Assembly: GCF_003918875.1 (NCBI RefSeq)
Contig: NW_025765314.1
Span: 124,001 to 188,000, forward strand
Direction: 5' to 3'
Origin: Haliotis rubra
Lineage: Eukaryota
Length of the DNA stretch: 64,000 nucleotides
The notes beneath the pieces were generated by a model, which was given only the letters and a program-made list of their open reading frames with translations, made no database searches and had not been told where the DNA came from. The position numbers and the translations under genes are program-made. Positions 39,681 through 52,954 of the stretch are shown in pieces. Numbering within the stretch: the first letter of the stretch is position 1; the number at the start of each line of letters is the position of its first letter.

Positions 39681-42600
39681 AATTCAAAACTGCTACTCTG
39701 CCAAGCGGGCGACCTACACGTACAGTGAAAGGAAGGGGGAATAACTCCTGTCTATCGCCAATAAAGATCAAGGGAGGCGATTCCTGTCACCTTACGTCAA
39801 AATACATTTTATACCAAAATAAGACCATGAACAACGCAAAGAATATAATACAAACAATCGAAATAGGGTCTGGGCAGATTTAATAAACTAGCAGAAGCAT
39901 GGTATACATATACATGATAAGTACAATACATTGCTTAATGCTGTGATGTTACATTTGTAATATAATGCATTAAGCTCCAAGCCCAAAACACTAATGATGA
40001 AAGTGATGAGATAGTAAAACTTGAAAGTGTAAACTGGTAAACTCTAACGAGATGTGGTTAAGTACAAAGTAAGTGAGAAATGGGCAAGGACTTTCCAAAG
40101 GCTTTAAGGGCCTCCATCGTAGTAGTATGTTGTACTTTCAAATAACGCAAATAAGCCGAGCGTTTCCAAATACTATATCTTGGATTATTTACCCAGGTAA
40201 GCCTACTGAGAAAGCCCAACTAGCGCCACCTCTTCGAAAAGAGTGACCAGTGACAATCTCGGTCACACCCTCCTTCTCCAACACATACTGCACAGTATCA
40301 ATAAACGTACTCTGCTGCAAAGGATGGAAATCAGGAGTACAAAACAATGGCGCATTCTCCTCCGAATTCTTGTGAAGAGACAACAAATGAGACATAGCAC
40401 ATACTGGATATAAAGGATGACCAGATATTTCTGGTAGCAAAATGTCTAACTTCTTGTCTCTGAACTGCAATGTTTTGGTCCAGTGTAACTGGATCCGAAC
40501 GCCACCTTTAACCTGAAAAATATCTTTAATACAAATAGCTCTACTGGAATCAAAACACCTTTACACAAGAAATTTCCAGGGCGTAACATACCATAAAAGG
40601 CAACTAAACAGGCTGCCCAAATGGATGAACCCAGCACACATTGTAAGTCCAGTCTAGAGTATAAAAGTAGCAGCATTTTTGGTGTAATCGGCACAGCTCC
40701 TTTCTGAGCATCTCCAAGCTCTCGTCGAACACCCTGCATAACATGCTGCACTAACCAAATTCCCTGTACAGGGTCTACATAACCATGAGCTTTATGGACA
40801 GTAGAAACAATGCACAAATATTGCTTTACAGTAAAAAATTGAACTTCTTAAAGTCAACTAGGTAAGCTATATACAAAAGAATGTTGTGGACATCAATAGG
40901 CAGAGGATCAACATTAATCCTTTCACAAAATTCCATAAAACATTTCAGCTAACTGTTGTAAGTAGCCTTTGAACACTCTGCCCAACCTTGACTTTCAAGG
41001 CGTTTCATCGTGCTCTGTAGGTACATCCTGAATTTCACCCCATCTGAAAGCAATGAATTCCTTACGCATTCAAATAGCTGTACACTGGGCAATAAATCAT
41101 ACATCTGAGATAGACGGCCCTGCTCCGTAAGTCTAGAGATGATATCCGCCACTTCATTTTTACACCCAGGAATGTATTCTGCATGAAAAGAGAAATTATA
41201 GGTAGCCTGCATCCAAAATAAACATCTTAAATATGACATAACAGTACTAGAAGTAGAGGATTTCTTATTAATAATAGCTTTAAATTGTCAGTTCTAACGA
41301 TAACTTTTCTAATCCTCCATGCTGAGCACCACCTCAAAGCCGATAGAATCGCTATAAGCTTCTCTTTGTAATTGATGTGCAAGTTCGACACTGAAGGAAG
41401 ATCTAACTGCCAATTAATGTACATAAAGTCTCCTTCATAATATGCACCACCACCTGTTAAACAACCATCCGTTTGAAGTGATCTAACAGGTCTATCGTCC
41501 AGAAACTGTTTCTTCCCATTAAAAGTCTCCACAAACGAACACCACCAAGTCAAGTCCTCTTTAAACGAAGGATCCAGTATGGCTTTATCTTTGTTAGACT
41601 TCAGCTTGTTTTTCACGTCTATACCACGCCTCATGAGCGTCCTACCACCCTGAACCACCATGCTGGCCCAGCTCAATTTTCCAACCAATGATTCTAATTG
41701 TTTTTTATCAGCTCTTTTCTTTTGTAAAAACCCACACAACAGCTTCTTAATGTCTTGAAGTCTATTAGCTGACAATGCTAGCACACAAGATGTAGTGTCT
41801 ACCAACACACCCAGAAATGTGATAACTTGATTGGGTCCATCAACTTTATTCCAGTTAATGTTAAATCCTAATCTTCTCAGCACCTGTGACAGAATTGCTT
41901 CAGCTTCAGCACACTCCTTCTCACTCTCAGCTATGACTAAAAAATCATCTAAATTTGCCACAACTTTTATACCGTAGCGCTTCTCCATAATCCGACACAC
42001 TGCACTGCTCAGTGTTTGAAATATTTTTGGACTTTTAGAAGCACCGAATGGCAATCCTGTATCACATATATACACAGTCTCCTCTGATACACCAAACTTC
42101 CATCTTAAACCAGTAAATGTATAGTTGCTAGGATGGTTGCGTACTGAGCGGTATGCACTTTTAAGATCAACCTTTGCCAGATAGGACCCTCTCTTTATAA
42201 ACTGCAAAGCATGCCTTAGGTCCATATATGAGCACTCACAATTAAACATATAACTGTTCATACCTCCTCCTTCTGGAAAACTCCCATCATGAATTAAACG
42301 AATTTTCGTTGATGATTTCATAATGGCACCAATTGGACTGACAGTAGCTGGCTTCTCTGACACAACCTTGTAATGTCCAAGGTTAATTTCTTCACTAATT
42401 TGACCTTCAGTTAACTTTCTGTTTTCAAATGCAGATCTATGATTTTTTTAGCAACGCTGTACCAAATGCACAACATCCTCTATGTCAATTAGATGGAATC
42501 CATCTCGAACACCCTCTAGAATAAAATCTCTATCTTGGTCCTGCTCTGGCAGAAGTTGTTCCCAGGCCTCATACTTCAGTGAATCCTTGAAAATGTCGGA

Positions 42601-43808
42601 CTCTGCAGGTTTTTTGACTCGTCCCCCGACTGGTTGCTGGTAATAGGCCTAGGAGGGTCTGCAACAGCCTGTACATTATCTGAGTGTTGTCTGTACGTAT
42701 GTCCTCTCTTGGAACACAGGGAACAGACATGAGCCATCCTACACGTAGCTTCCCGACAAATTCCACCGTTGTAGCGCCTGCATATTTCCTGGCCGTCAGG
42801 CGTAAAGGGTCCACGTTGTCTGCCTTGAAAAGGTGCCTTGCTAGTTGAGGAAACAGCGGCCTCCATCTGTCTCATTACCTTAGCTGTTTGGGAGTAAGGG
42901 TATGAGTTGGTAATCCCGTGTCTCTTGTGAGGGCGTTCCCCACTTAAATCCCTCCTGCTTCCGCTTAGCACGATATTCTTGATCGTACAATAGGACACTT
43001 CTCCACATGTACTTGGATGAGAAAAGACATATGTCCTGCACATACTTCAAGGAATCATCGATGTCAGCATGAACCACTTCCCCTGCCTTCATCATTTCAC
43101 GCAGCATTCCGACATTGGCAAAACCCAACATATCCAAAGAAACGCAAGCAAGTTTAGTCTTTTTCTTACCAAGATCGATTGACACCCCTCACTAATCTCT
43201 ATGGTATGTTTCTGTGAATCAAGTGAGTCCACCCACAAATAATCCATGAAATCCCAATCTTTACCTTTGTTGTGATCGCCGCCATTTTGGTTACCATCGA
43301 TTCGACCTTGGTACTGACCTCTAGGCGAAGGTTCTACACTTTCTTTGTGCAACTGTCCCCTCAAAACTTCAATTTCCCGTTTGATTTCCATCTTCTTTTT
43401 CTCTAGTCTGAGTTTGCTTAGTTCCTCCTCCAAAGTGTCACATTCCTTTTTTAGTTCATTAGCCTCACTCAAAATCGACCCACCAACAGCACCATGTGAC
43501 GGTGTCTCATCTGATTTCATCAATTCGGGCCCGGGGACTGTTTTAATGCCGCCAAAATATCTGTCATCCTGTTGCCCGCTGACTTCCTCTTCGGACGTAC
43601 ATCAGGACACTTTCCGTCATGATGAAATACTAAATTGAGCAATTCAAAACTGCTACTCTGCCAAGCGGGCGAACGGCGGCCGCCGCCAACTACAACTACA
43701 CGTGCAGTGCAAGGAAGGGGGAATAACTCCTGTCTATCGCCAATACAGATCAAGGGAGGCGATTCCTGTCACCTAACGTCAAAATACATTTTATACCAAA
43801 ATAAGACC
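39681..43808 (-). mobile_element. Decayed Ngaro/PAT-type DIRS-order (tyrosine recombinase) retrotransposon
   Basis: gag with a Cys/His finger (ICRRYNGGICREATCRMAHVCSLC). RT-RNase H at 41227-42363 (DLKSAYR, LPFG, NLDD, TDG). YR (MLRPGN, HSFRRGGA, AYLRYL). Direct repeats at 43641-43808 and 39681-39827. Confidence 0.92.
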
Positions 43809-46309
43809 TAAAATTGCTTAGCACAAAAAAATCTTAAGTCTAACAAATTTTGCTTAGCTAAGATTTTAGATAAGACTGAATCATGAAACTCTCTCACCAA
43901 AATCTTAGCTAAGACTAAGACTAAGACAGTTACCATGGTAATTTTAGAATGATGTAATCATGTCAGGTCACTCTTAATTAATTGAGGAAAATAGAATCTA
44001 GTATCAGGCACCTGCTGAAATGTTCCAAACAAGTCAATTGACACTTTTATCCCTTTAATAGTGTCTTTACGGTTGGGATGTTTTCAAAAATACACTAACA
44101 CGAACGTGAGCTCTCTGCCATATTGCATTGGATAGTGTTTACAAAATCACGTTTCGCGAAGGCCGGTGTTGAGACGCCTATTGTATATTTCATATTCAGC
44201 TGCGACAAATGCATCACTGAATTCCTCATACATTTTAGTACCAAGTAAGAAATGGTCTTTGTCACTAAAACCAAGTGTCTCTAGGTGTGATATGAAGCGA
44301 AAGATATTGGGCATGAAAACGAACGCTGTGCGCGAAAGACAGCACTTGTTGAAATGTAAACAAAGAAATATTCAGACTACACAGTGTACCATTTTCTCAA
44401 ATTTCAGACACCCATTCGTCTATTCGTAGCATGCATAGGCTCAATACTTTTAGAACATAGATGGAAATAGTATCGTAGCAAGAAACAGCAAATTAAAAAT
44501 AGATACAATACAGTAATATGTTTATACGAAATTGTCAAAGTTTCTGTGCAGCGTGACGCCATAAGGGTAATGATCGGCATATCTGTCTTCTTCTCTTACT
44601 TGAAACAAATAACATATATCATATAACAATACACAGATAGTCAGATTCATTCTGATTACTTAAATTACACATTTATGTACATACGATCCCCGAATCAAGG
44701 GAAAGGTCCTCGTAAAATCCTGTGTACCCATGTCAGCGAGGTATGATAGCAACTCATCTTCAACTAAGCGCCCGCTATAAGCGCCACAACTCTCGCCGTG
44801 TCACCTCACGTCTCGCGAGATCAGTTCGTTGAGGGAGAACTCATTACTCTGCTGCCAATTCTACCCTTTTCAATACAAGAAACATATTTAAACATAATAT
44901 CTGTATTGTGCATGTATTTTGTGCAATCTATCATCTGTCACAAACCTTGTGTAATGAAAAAAATATTTATAATCTCTCACAATGTTTTTCCCACTTTTTA
45001 CAACTTGGGTCTGTCTCGCCATACAACGCATCTTATCTGCCTGTATATGGCAGCGCTCACTAAAATCATAACCGCACCAACACATAAACGTAAACAAAAA
45101 TTCAAAAATCTATTTATCATTCATATTTTAACGGCTACAAACCAGTGTCTCATCAGCATGAAAAAATCATCATGTGTTAAGAAGGGGGTTGTAAAGGTAT
45201 ACTTATTATTCTGTCACACACTTCAGCATATTGTTACAGATAATGTATACCATATATTTACGGTGTTTTTTACGGTTATTCAAACACGTATATTCGCGTG
45301 TATATTCGCGTGTGGGGAAGCCTATACGCCAAAGGCCGGGTTCGAATCGTCTTTGGTCTAAACGTTCTTACGTTTCTAAACGTTTTTACGCCGACGTGTC
45401 CCACGAGTGTATATGAATCAGTCTAACTTTATGTAATTTCTTTGAACATAATCACTATTACTGCTTGCCCGATATAAATTTTACTGCACTCGGGCTTCGT
45501 ATACTGGAAATAATTACCCACGGTCACACTAGCCTACTGTCAAGTGTGCCACTATGACGTCGCCATTAATGAAAATATGATATAATGGGGTTTACCCTGC
45601 ACTCAATATAATAGCACTTATATGGCTACGTGAACATGCGTATGTGTGTTGCTTCTTGTACCAGTCAATACTAATGCCTATTTTAGTGAAAGCCCACTCA
45701 GTAACCCCTAAAAACGAGCGCAAGGCAGGGTAACAACAAGTAACTTATGTCAACGTCATTTGGTATGACGCGGCCCCATACTGAACCCACTACCTCTACT
45801 ATACCACGGATACGGCCTTTCTTTCCAAAAAGGGAAGAAAGACGTATGTAGCCATGTGAATAACGTTGTAAAGGAAATCTACATACATGCATTTCATGTA
45901 TTAGTCCACACAGCCACCTTCAGTAAATATACACACAGTAATAGAAGTAATAAAAAGTAAACCTAGTTAGCTAAACAAACAATGAATTAGTTCCAAATTA
46001 CATGTGTAACATGCGCAAAACAGCTGTTAATGTTATTTGTTACAACATTGTAACACATCAAATACACAATGTTTACCCTTGATTATTGTAGAGGTATAGT
46101 GCAACGACGTCACAGTGACCTGTATTTACTTTGATGTCATTTAGCCAATCAGCATGCATTTGAAACCACTGGTCGTGTCCTGCCTTTCTTTGTTTTACCC
46201 CCTATTTCAAGAAGAGTGAGCGTGAACGTTTCCTTTCAAACATATTATGTATATTAAAACTCAGTTATGTACATAATTCTATTATCACTTAAAATCACCG
46301 AAGATGCTG

Positions 46310-49300
46310 AGTAAGTAGTGTAGCATTACAGTAAGGAAGCATTGTAACCTTACAATAAGTACTGTAGCATAACAGTTAGTACTGTAGCATAACAGTTAGT
46401 ACTGTAGCATAACAGTTAGTACTGTAGCATAACAGTTAGTACTGTAGCATTACAGTAAGGAAGCATTGTAGCCTTACAATAAGTACTGTAGCATAACAGT
46501 TAGTACTGTAGCATAACAGTTAGTACTGTAGCATAACAGTTAGTACTGTAGCATTACAGTAAGGAAGCATTGTAGCCTTACAATAAGTACTGTAGCATAA
46601 CAGTTAGTACTGTAGCATAACAGTCAGTACTGTAGCATAACAGTTAGTACTGTAGCATAACAGTTAGTACTGTAGCATAACAGTTAGTACTGTAACATTA
46701 CAGTAAGGAAGCATTGTGGCCTTACAATAAGTACTGTAGCATAACAGTTATTACAGTCAGTTCTGTAGCATAACAGTTAGTACGGTAGCATAACAGTTAG
46801 TACTGTAGCATAACAGTTAGTACTGTAGCATAACAGTTAGTACTGTAGCATAACAGTTAGTACTGTAGCATAACAGTTAGTACTGTAACATTACAGTAAG
46901 GAAGCATCGTAGGCTTACAATATGTACTGTAGCATAACAGTTAGTACAGTCAGTACTGTAGCATAACAGTAAGTACGGTAGCATAACAGTTAGCACTGTA
47001 GCATAACAGTTAGTACGGTAGCATAACAGTTAGTACGGTAGCATAACAGTTAGTACTGTAACATTACAGTAAGGAAGCATTGTAGCCTTACAATAAGTAC
47101 TGTAGCATAACAGTTAGTACTGTAGCATAACAGTTAGTGCTGTAGCATAACAGTTAGTACTGTAGCATTACAGTAAGTACTGTAGCATAACAGTTAGTAC
47201 TGTAACATTACAGTAAGGAAGCATTGTAGCCTTACAATAAGTACTGTAGCATAACAGTTAGTACAGTCAGTACTGTAGCATAACAGTTAGTACAGTCAGT
47301 ACTGTAGCATAACAGTTAGTACGGTAGCATAACAGTTAGTACTGTAGCATAACAGTTAGTACGGTAGCATAACAGTTAGTACTGTAGCATTACAGTAAGT
47401 ACTGTAGCATAACAGTTAGTACAGTAACATTACAGTAAGGAAGCATTGTAGCCTTACAATAAGTACTGTAGCATAACAGTTAGTACAGTCAGTACTGTAG
47501 CATAACAGTTAGTACGGTAGCATAACAGTTAGTACTGTAGCATAACAGTTAGTACTGTAGCATAACAGTTAGTACGGTAGCATAACAGTTAGTACTGTAA
47601 CATTACAGTAAGGAAGCATTGTAGGTTTACAATAAGTACTGTAGCATAACAGTTAGTACTGTAGCATAACAGTTAGTACTGTAGCATAACAGTTAGTACG
47701 GTAGCATAACAGTTAGTACTGTAGCATTACAGTTAGTATTGTAGCATAACAGTAAGTACTGTAGCATAACAGTTAGTACTGTAGCATAACAGTTCGTACG
47801 GTAGCATAACAGTTAGTACTGTAGCATAACAGTTAGTACTGTAGCATTACAGTTAGTACTGTAGCATTACAGTAAGGAAGCATTGTAGTCTTACAATAAG
47901 TACTGTAGCATAACAGTTAGTACTGTAGCATAACAGTTAGTACTGTAGCATAACAGTTAGTACTGTAGCATTACAGTAAGGAAGCATTGTAGCCTTACAA
48001 TAAGTACTGTAGCATAACAGTTAGTACAGTAGCATAACAGTTAGTACTGTAGCATAACTGTTAGTACTGAAGCATAACAGTTAGTACTGTAGCATAACAG
48101 TTAGTACTGTAGCATAACAGTAAGGAAGGATTGTAGCCTTACAATAAGTACTGTAGCATAACAGTTAGTACTGTAGCATAACAGTAAGGAAGGATTGTAG
48201 CCTTACAATAAGTACTGTAGCATAACAGTTAGTACTGTAGCATAACAGTTAGTACTGTAGCATAACAGTTAGTACGGTAGCATAACAGTTAGTACTGTAG
48301 CATTACAGTAAGGAAGCATTGTAGCCTTACAATAAGTACTGTAGCATAACAGTTAGTACAGTTAGTACTGTAGCATAACAGTTAATACTGTAGCATTACA
48401 GTAAGGAAGCATTGTAGCCTTACAATAATTACTGTAGCATAACAGTTAGTACTGTAGCATAACTGTTAGTACTGTAGCATTGCAGTAAGGAAGGATTGTA
48501 GACTTACAGTAAGGACTGTAGCATTACATTAAGGGTTGTAGCATTACAGTAAGGAAGTACTGTAGCATTACATTAAGGGCTGCACATAGCATTACAGTAA
48601 GGAAGCACCGTAGCGGTACAGGAAGCACCGTAGCATTACAGTTAGCACCGTAGCGGTACAGTAAGCACCGTTGCATTACAGTAAGTACCGTAGCATTACA
48701 GTAAGCACCGTAGCATTACGGTACGTACCGTAGCATTACAGTAAGTACCGTAGCATTACAGTAAGCACCGTAGCAATACAGTAAGCACCGTAGCATTACA
48801 GTAAGTGCCGCAGCATTACAGTAAGCACCGTAGCATTACAGTAAGCACCCTAGATGGTACAGTAAGCACCGTAGCATTACAATAAGCACCGTAGCATTAC
48901 AGTTAGCACCGTAGAATTACAGTAAGCACCGTAGCGGTAAAGTAAGCACCGTAGCATTACAGTAAGCACCGTAGCATTACAGTAAGCATCCTAGATGGCA
49001 CAGTACGCACCGTAGCATTACAGTAACCACTGTAGCATTACAGTAAGCACCGTAGCATTACAGTAAGCAACGTAGCTTTACAGTAAGCAACGTAGCTTTA
49101 CAGTAAGCACCATAGCGTTACAGTAAGCACCGTAGCGGTACAGTAAGCACCGTAGCGGTACAGTAAGCACCGTAGCATTACAGTAAGCACTGTAGCATTA
49201 CAGTAAGCAACGTAGCTTTACAGTAAGCACCATAGCGTTACAGTAAGCACCGTAGATGGTACAGTACGCACCGCAGCATTACAGTAAGCACCGTAGCATT

Positions 49301-49350
49301 ACAGTAAGCACTGTAGCATTACAGTAAGTACCGTAGCGTTACAGTAATAT
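46310..49350. repeat. About 3-kb minisatellite, 20-bp unit AGTACTGTAGCATAACAGTT and variants
   Basis: Roughly 150 units with an interspersed AAGGAAGCATTGTAGCCTTACAATA block. The unit changes to AGCACCGTAGCATTACAGTA after about 48600. Confidence 0.97.
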
Positions 49351-49488
49351 TACAGTAAGGGCTAGGCGGGCTGGAGGGCACACAGCTATACAAACTTGTC
49401 AAACCCGTGTATATATTTTAGTTTTATTTAGTTAGTATTGTAATACTCTTCCCAGTATCATAATAGTTCGCTTCATGTGTTGATATAG

Positions 49489-51473
49489 AACAATCCAGTC
49501 CCTGAATACAAAAGGAAACGGGCGAATGCCAGGAAAAGAATGGGGAGATTAAGGCAAAGGGTATGTCTTTTAACTTTAAGACACTGTCTACGTATATTTA
49601 TGTTGTGCCTAATAACTAAGTTTGTGTTCGTATTCGTTCATGCCCTTCGTTCATGCCCTATAAAGTTTACATTTTAAAAGCTTTCCTAGAGAATACATAT
49701 TTTTCTATATGAAATAAATACAATATATTCAAATTCTTTATCATTGTTGTTTTACTTGCCTTACTTTACATTAAGGTGCGGAATTTTTGTAAAATTCAAG
49801 GGATGCCACAAATGGCCCTAGTGCACCTCGCAACCGAGGGAACATTGAAGGTTGTTGGTATGCTTTTTTTACATTTCATCTGAAATCATATCCAGATTGT
49901 TAATGTCGAATAGCCTGACATGCCGTCTTGGGTGTACACAAATAGAGCTCTCGTCAATGCTGAACTTCTTAATTACTGATATAGTATTTAAAAACAAAGT
50001 ATATGTGCTAATATAAAAAACGTTTCGCTCAATTGAAATAACATTTCGTTCCCATATTGTAAAATATATTATATATAAGTAAGTGGACTATCTATTGAAA
50101 AAACTCGTGTCTCATCGCTTTACCATAAAATACAATCACTTAAAGCTTTTAATGCCTTTTAACTTAATTATATTAAAACAGGACACCAAGATATGGTTGA
50201 GGCTGTTGGCCGCAGCAACCTGGTTAACATACTGAATATTGCCCGGTAGCGCCCGCTACCACTCAGGAAGGTACGTGCTCTCACTCCTCATACTTTACTT
50301 ACAGTAAGAGCATAACATATATCATGTTAAATACCACCTTATTTAATTTGAAATATTTTTAGAGGAAAAAGTCGACCTTCGACGCATTTCCGTGGCGGTG
50401 GACTACGCCGACGTCCGGGACGTCCACCTATTAAGACGAGCGGTCACTCAGGTCACAATTGACAAAGGTAAAGTCTGTGCGTTTTGGGTGCGTGCGTGCA
50501 TGCTTGTGTATCGTCACACATAAGAAAGAATTATTCAATATTATTTATACCATATTATTAGAATTACCTGCAATGTAACATATATGATATAATCTATCCT
50601 GTTGTTCCCAGGTGCCAAGGGATCCCGATGTATTTGGGGAAACGAAGGCCTTCGGCCTTCTTGGTGGCCTGAGGGTGTGCCGTTTGTGGCGCCCTCAGCA
50701 ACACACACGGACGATGGTATGCTTATCACACAAATCTCCTAATCTCAAACTTTTACTCAGGAATGGAAATTATGTAAAGTCCACTTCTTTCCCAGAATGA
50801 AAATCGATGTTAATTAAGGTCATGTACTAATAATCTCAAGTACATGACCTTTTAATGGATAACAACTTCAGCATAACAGTCACCTAATCACGTACCCATA
50901 AGTAGCACTGGTACGTCCTTACCAGCAATAGACAGTTGTCTCCATGTCCTTCCAACGCATACCACATGCCTCGCAAAGAATCAATAAGTACTTTTTTCCA
51001 ACTGTATCCTTAAGAATTCATATGGAAATAAATATAGCAATGAGCAATGATATATTTAGTTAATGTTCTTCTCAACACGGTCCTCGCTGTAGTCGACGCA
51101 CAGTATATAGTGCTACTGAGAAACATGTTATTGCTTTCATGTGGATGCTTCGTGTAGAAGTCGTCAATAAGGGGCATTAACACGATTGTTGAAGAAGGGG
51201 GGTTCAATGCAACCTGTATCATATGTATTATTTATTCAAAAAATAATAAAAGTGTATTTGTAATTATATTGTGTCATTCTAAAAGTTTTTTCAGTGATTA
51301 AGTTGTAAATAATATTCATGCTCACGCATATCGGTTACACTTTACAATTATAGAAACAAATAAGGTGTTAATAATCACAATAATCTTCGATCTCAGCTGG
51401 CACAAAACATCGGCTGCAGACGGCAGACAAGATGAGACATATCATGTGCAGCTGGAAACGCCACGTGATATCG
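49489..51473 (+). pseudogene. Spliced exon chain encoding an NRF1/Ewg-like DNA-binding region (one lesion)
   Basis: AG/GT-bounded exons 49489-49560, 49776-49857, 50182-50270 (contains TAG or a frameshift), 50363-50467, 50612-50716 and 51397-51473. Translation: EYKRKRANARKRMGRLRQR-VRNFCKIQGMPQMALVHLATEGTLKVVG-HQDMVEAV...CIWGNEGLRPSWWPEGVPFVAP...DKMRHIMCSWKRH. Confidence 0.65.
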
Positions 51474-52210
51474 GTAATATACATGATATATTATATTCTT
51501 TTTCTGAAAACCATAAATTAAAGTATATTTTAAATTATCTCTCTAGCCGAGTTATAGTTCAGGAGGCTGTCTTAAGGGTTCTCCCTCACGGGCCTTGTTT
51601 TGAGTAACTTTCATTGTTGACAAATTACGAACGGAAATGGATTCTATTTATTCCTTTTTCAGAAACTTAATTCTAGCGGTTATGTCAATTCGGCCGATAG
51701 CCATGAAGTGGTATTATCCCTGTATTTGCGTTGTTTGTTGAAGTTTCTATTTAATTGTTCCTTTTCCTTTCAGTTTTCACAATACTAACCAACATATAGA
51801 GCACTGTCTTGATATAGACATGACTCACCTACACCATCATTCCAGCGTGCAATGTACACAATACTCCATTAACTGTAGGTAACTTTTACATTTTGCCGGT
51901 AATCCGCCCAATATCAATCTGGCAATTTTGCTAATTTCCAAAGTTCTTACCCCAAACTCTCGATCAGATTTCTACAGTTCTTAATTGTTCTTAATTGAGC
52001 AAAACATATTAGGTTTTATTTAGTTTATATACTTTCAATGTACAGCAAACATTATGCTTGTACATAATCATTTTTGTATGTTTTGTTACGTAAGAAAACA
52101 ATGCAAACAATGACATTAAAATATATTATGGAATATTAGGGTTATAGTTCGTGTCTTTCATTGGTGTTCTCACCATGCACAGCTAACAAGAGCATCTGTA
52201 CTTCAATAGA

Positions 52211-52375
52211 CTGACTGACTGAGTTTAGTTTTACGCCGCTTTTAGCAATATTCCAGCAATATCACGGCGGGGGACACCAGAAATGGGCTTAACACATTGT
52301 GCCCATGTGGGGAATCGAACCCGGGTCTTCGCCGTGACTAGTCAACGCTTTAACCACTAGGCTACCCCACCGCCC
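52211..52375 (-). mobile_element. tRNA-derived SINE family A, copy 3
   Basis: Reverse complement of copy 1, with 11-bp TSD ACTTCAATAGA (52200-52210, 52376-52386). Confidence 0.93.
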
Positions 52376-52954
52376 ACTTCAATAGAACATGTCATATCAT
52401 ATATTGAATAGCTGGTATCTACTCATCAGAGTTGCCAATTTCTACAATTATGTTTCTTATTTTATAGTTTATACACTAACTTCGTTATGTAATGAATCAA
52501 TAATTTTTGAATGATATAAAGTTAATTGTAATAAGTTCAACATTTAATTGAAGCGTTATGTTTACGCCTAAGTGCATTTCGGCACACATATTCAAAGTAA
52601 ATTATCCTCACATTACATATTTTTTTGTCTTATAGCTTTGTGTCTAATGGCTATATTTATATTTTAGCTTGAACAGATAATCAGCAAGAACCTAGTAAGT
52701 AAAATCATTCATAACAACAAAGCATTAAAACATATATCCATTTTGCGTCAGAAAGGTAACAGGTCAATAAAACAATCTGCCATGTAATAAACACCACATA
52801 CATCCATGTTGCATCTGGAATTCTGCTGATTTCTTTGTATTTGTACCACGTATTAAATGCCTGCTTCAATTACAATGCAACTAATACACACACAGGATCA
52901 ATGCCATGTGGCCTTCACAAATCTCATTTACCCGTTTACTGCTTGTTGATGAAC

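Noticed and set aside
44798-45361. 187-aa ORF
   Set aside because: AT-rich with no recognisable motif or codon signal; ends in a degenerate SINE-like B box.
45690-45810. Degenerate SINE remnants (also about 29824-29880, 56980-57070, 59565-59720)
   Set aside because: Probably real but short, without definable ends or TSDs.
44430-46300. Left terminus (TIR/TSD) of the putative KDZ element
   Set aside because: The partner end is outside the window, so no candidate can be validated.
46310-49350. CRISPR-like appearance of the palindromic 20-bp repeats (also the 88-bp and 109-bp arrays)
   Set aside because: Units are contiguous with no unique spacers, there are no cas genes, and the context is eukaryotic.
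51070-51220. Extra exon candidate GPRCSRRTVYSATEKH... in the NRF1-like chain
   Set aside because: It lacks an AG acceptor and contains stops; the flanking exons splice in phase without it.
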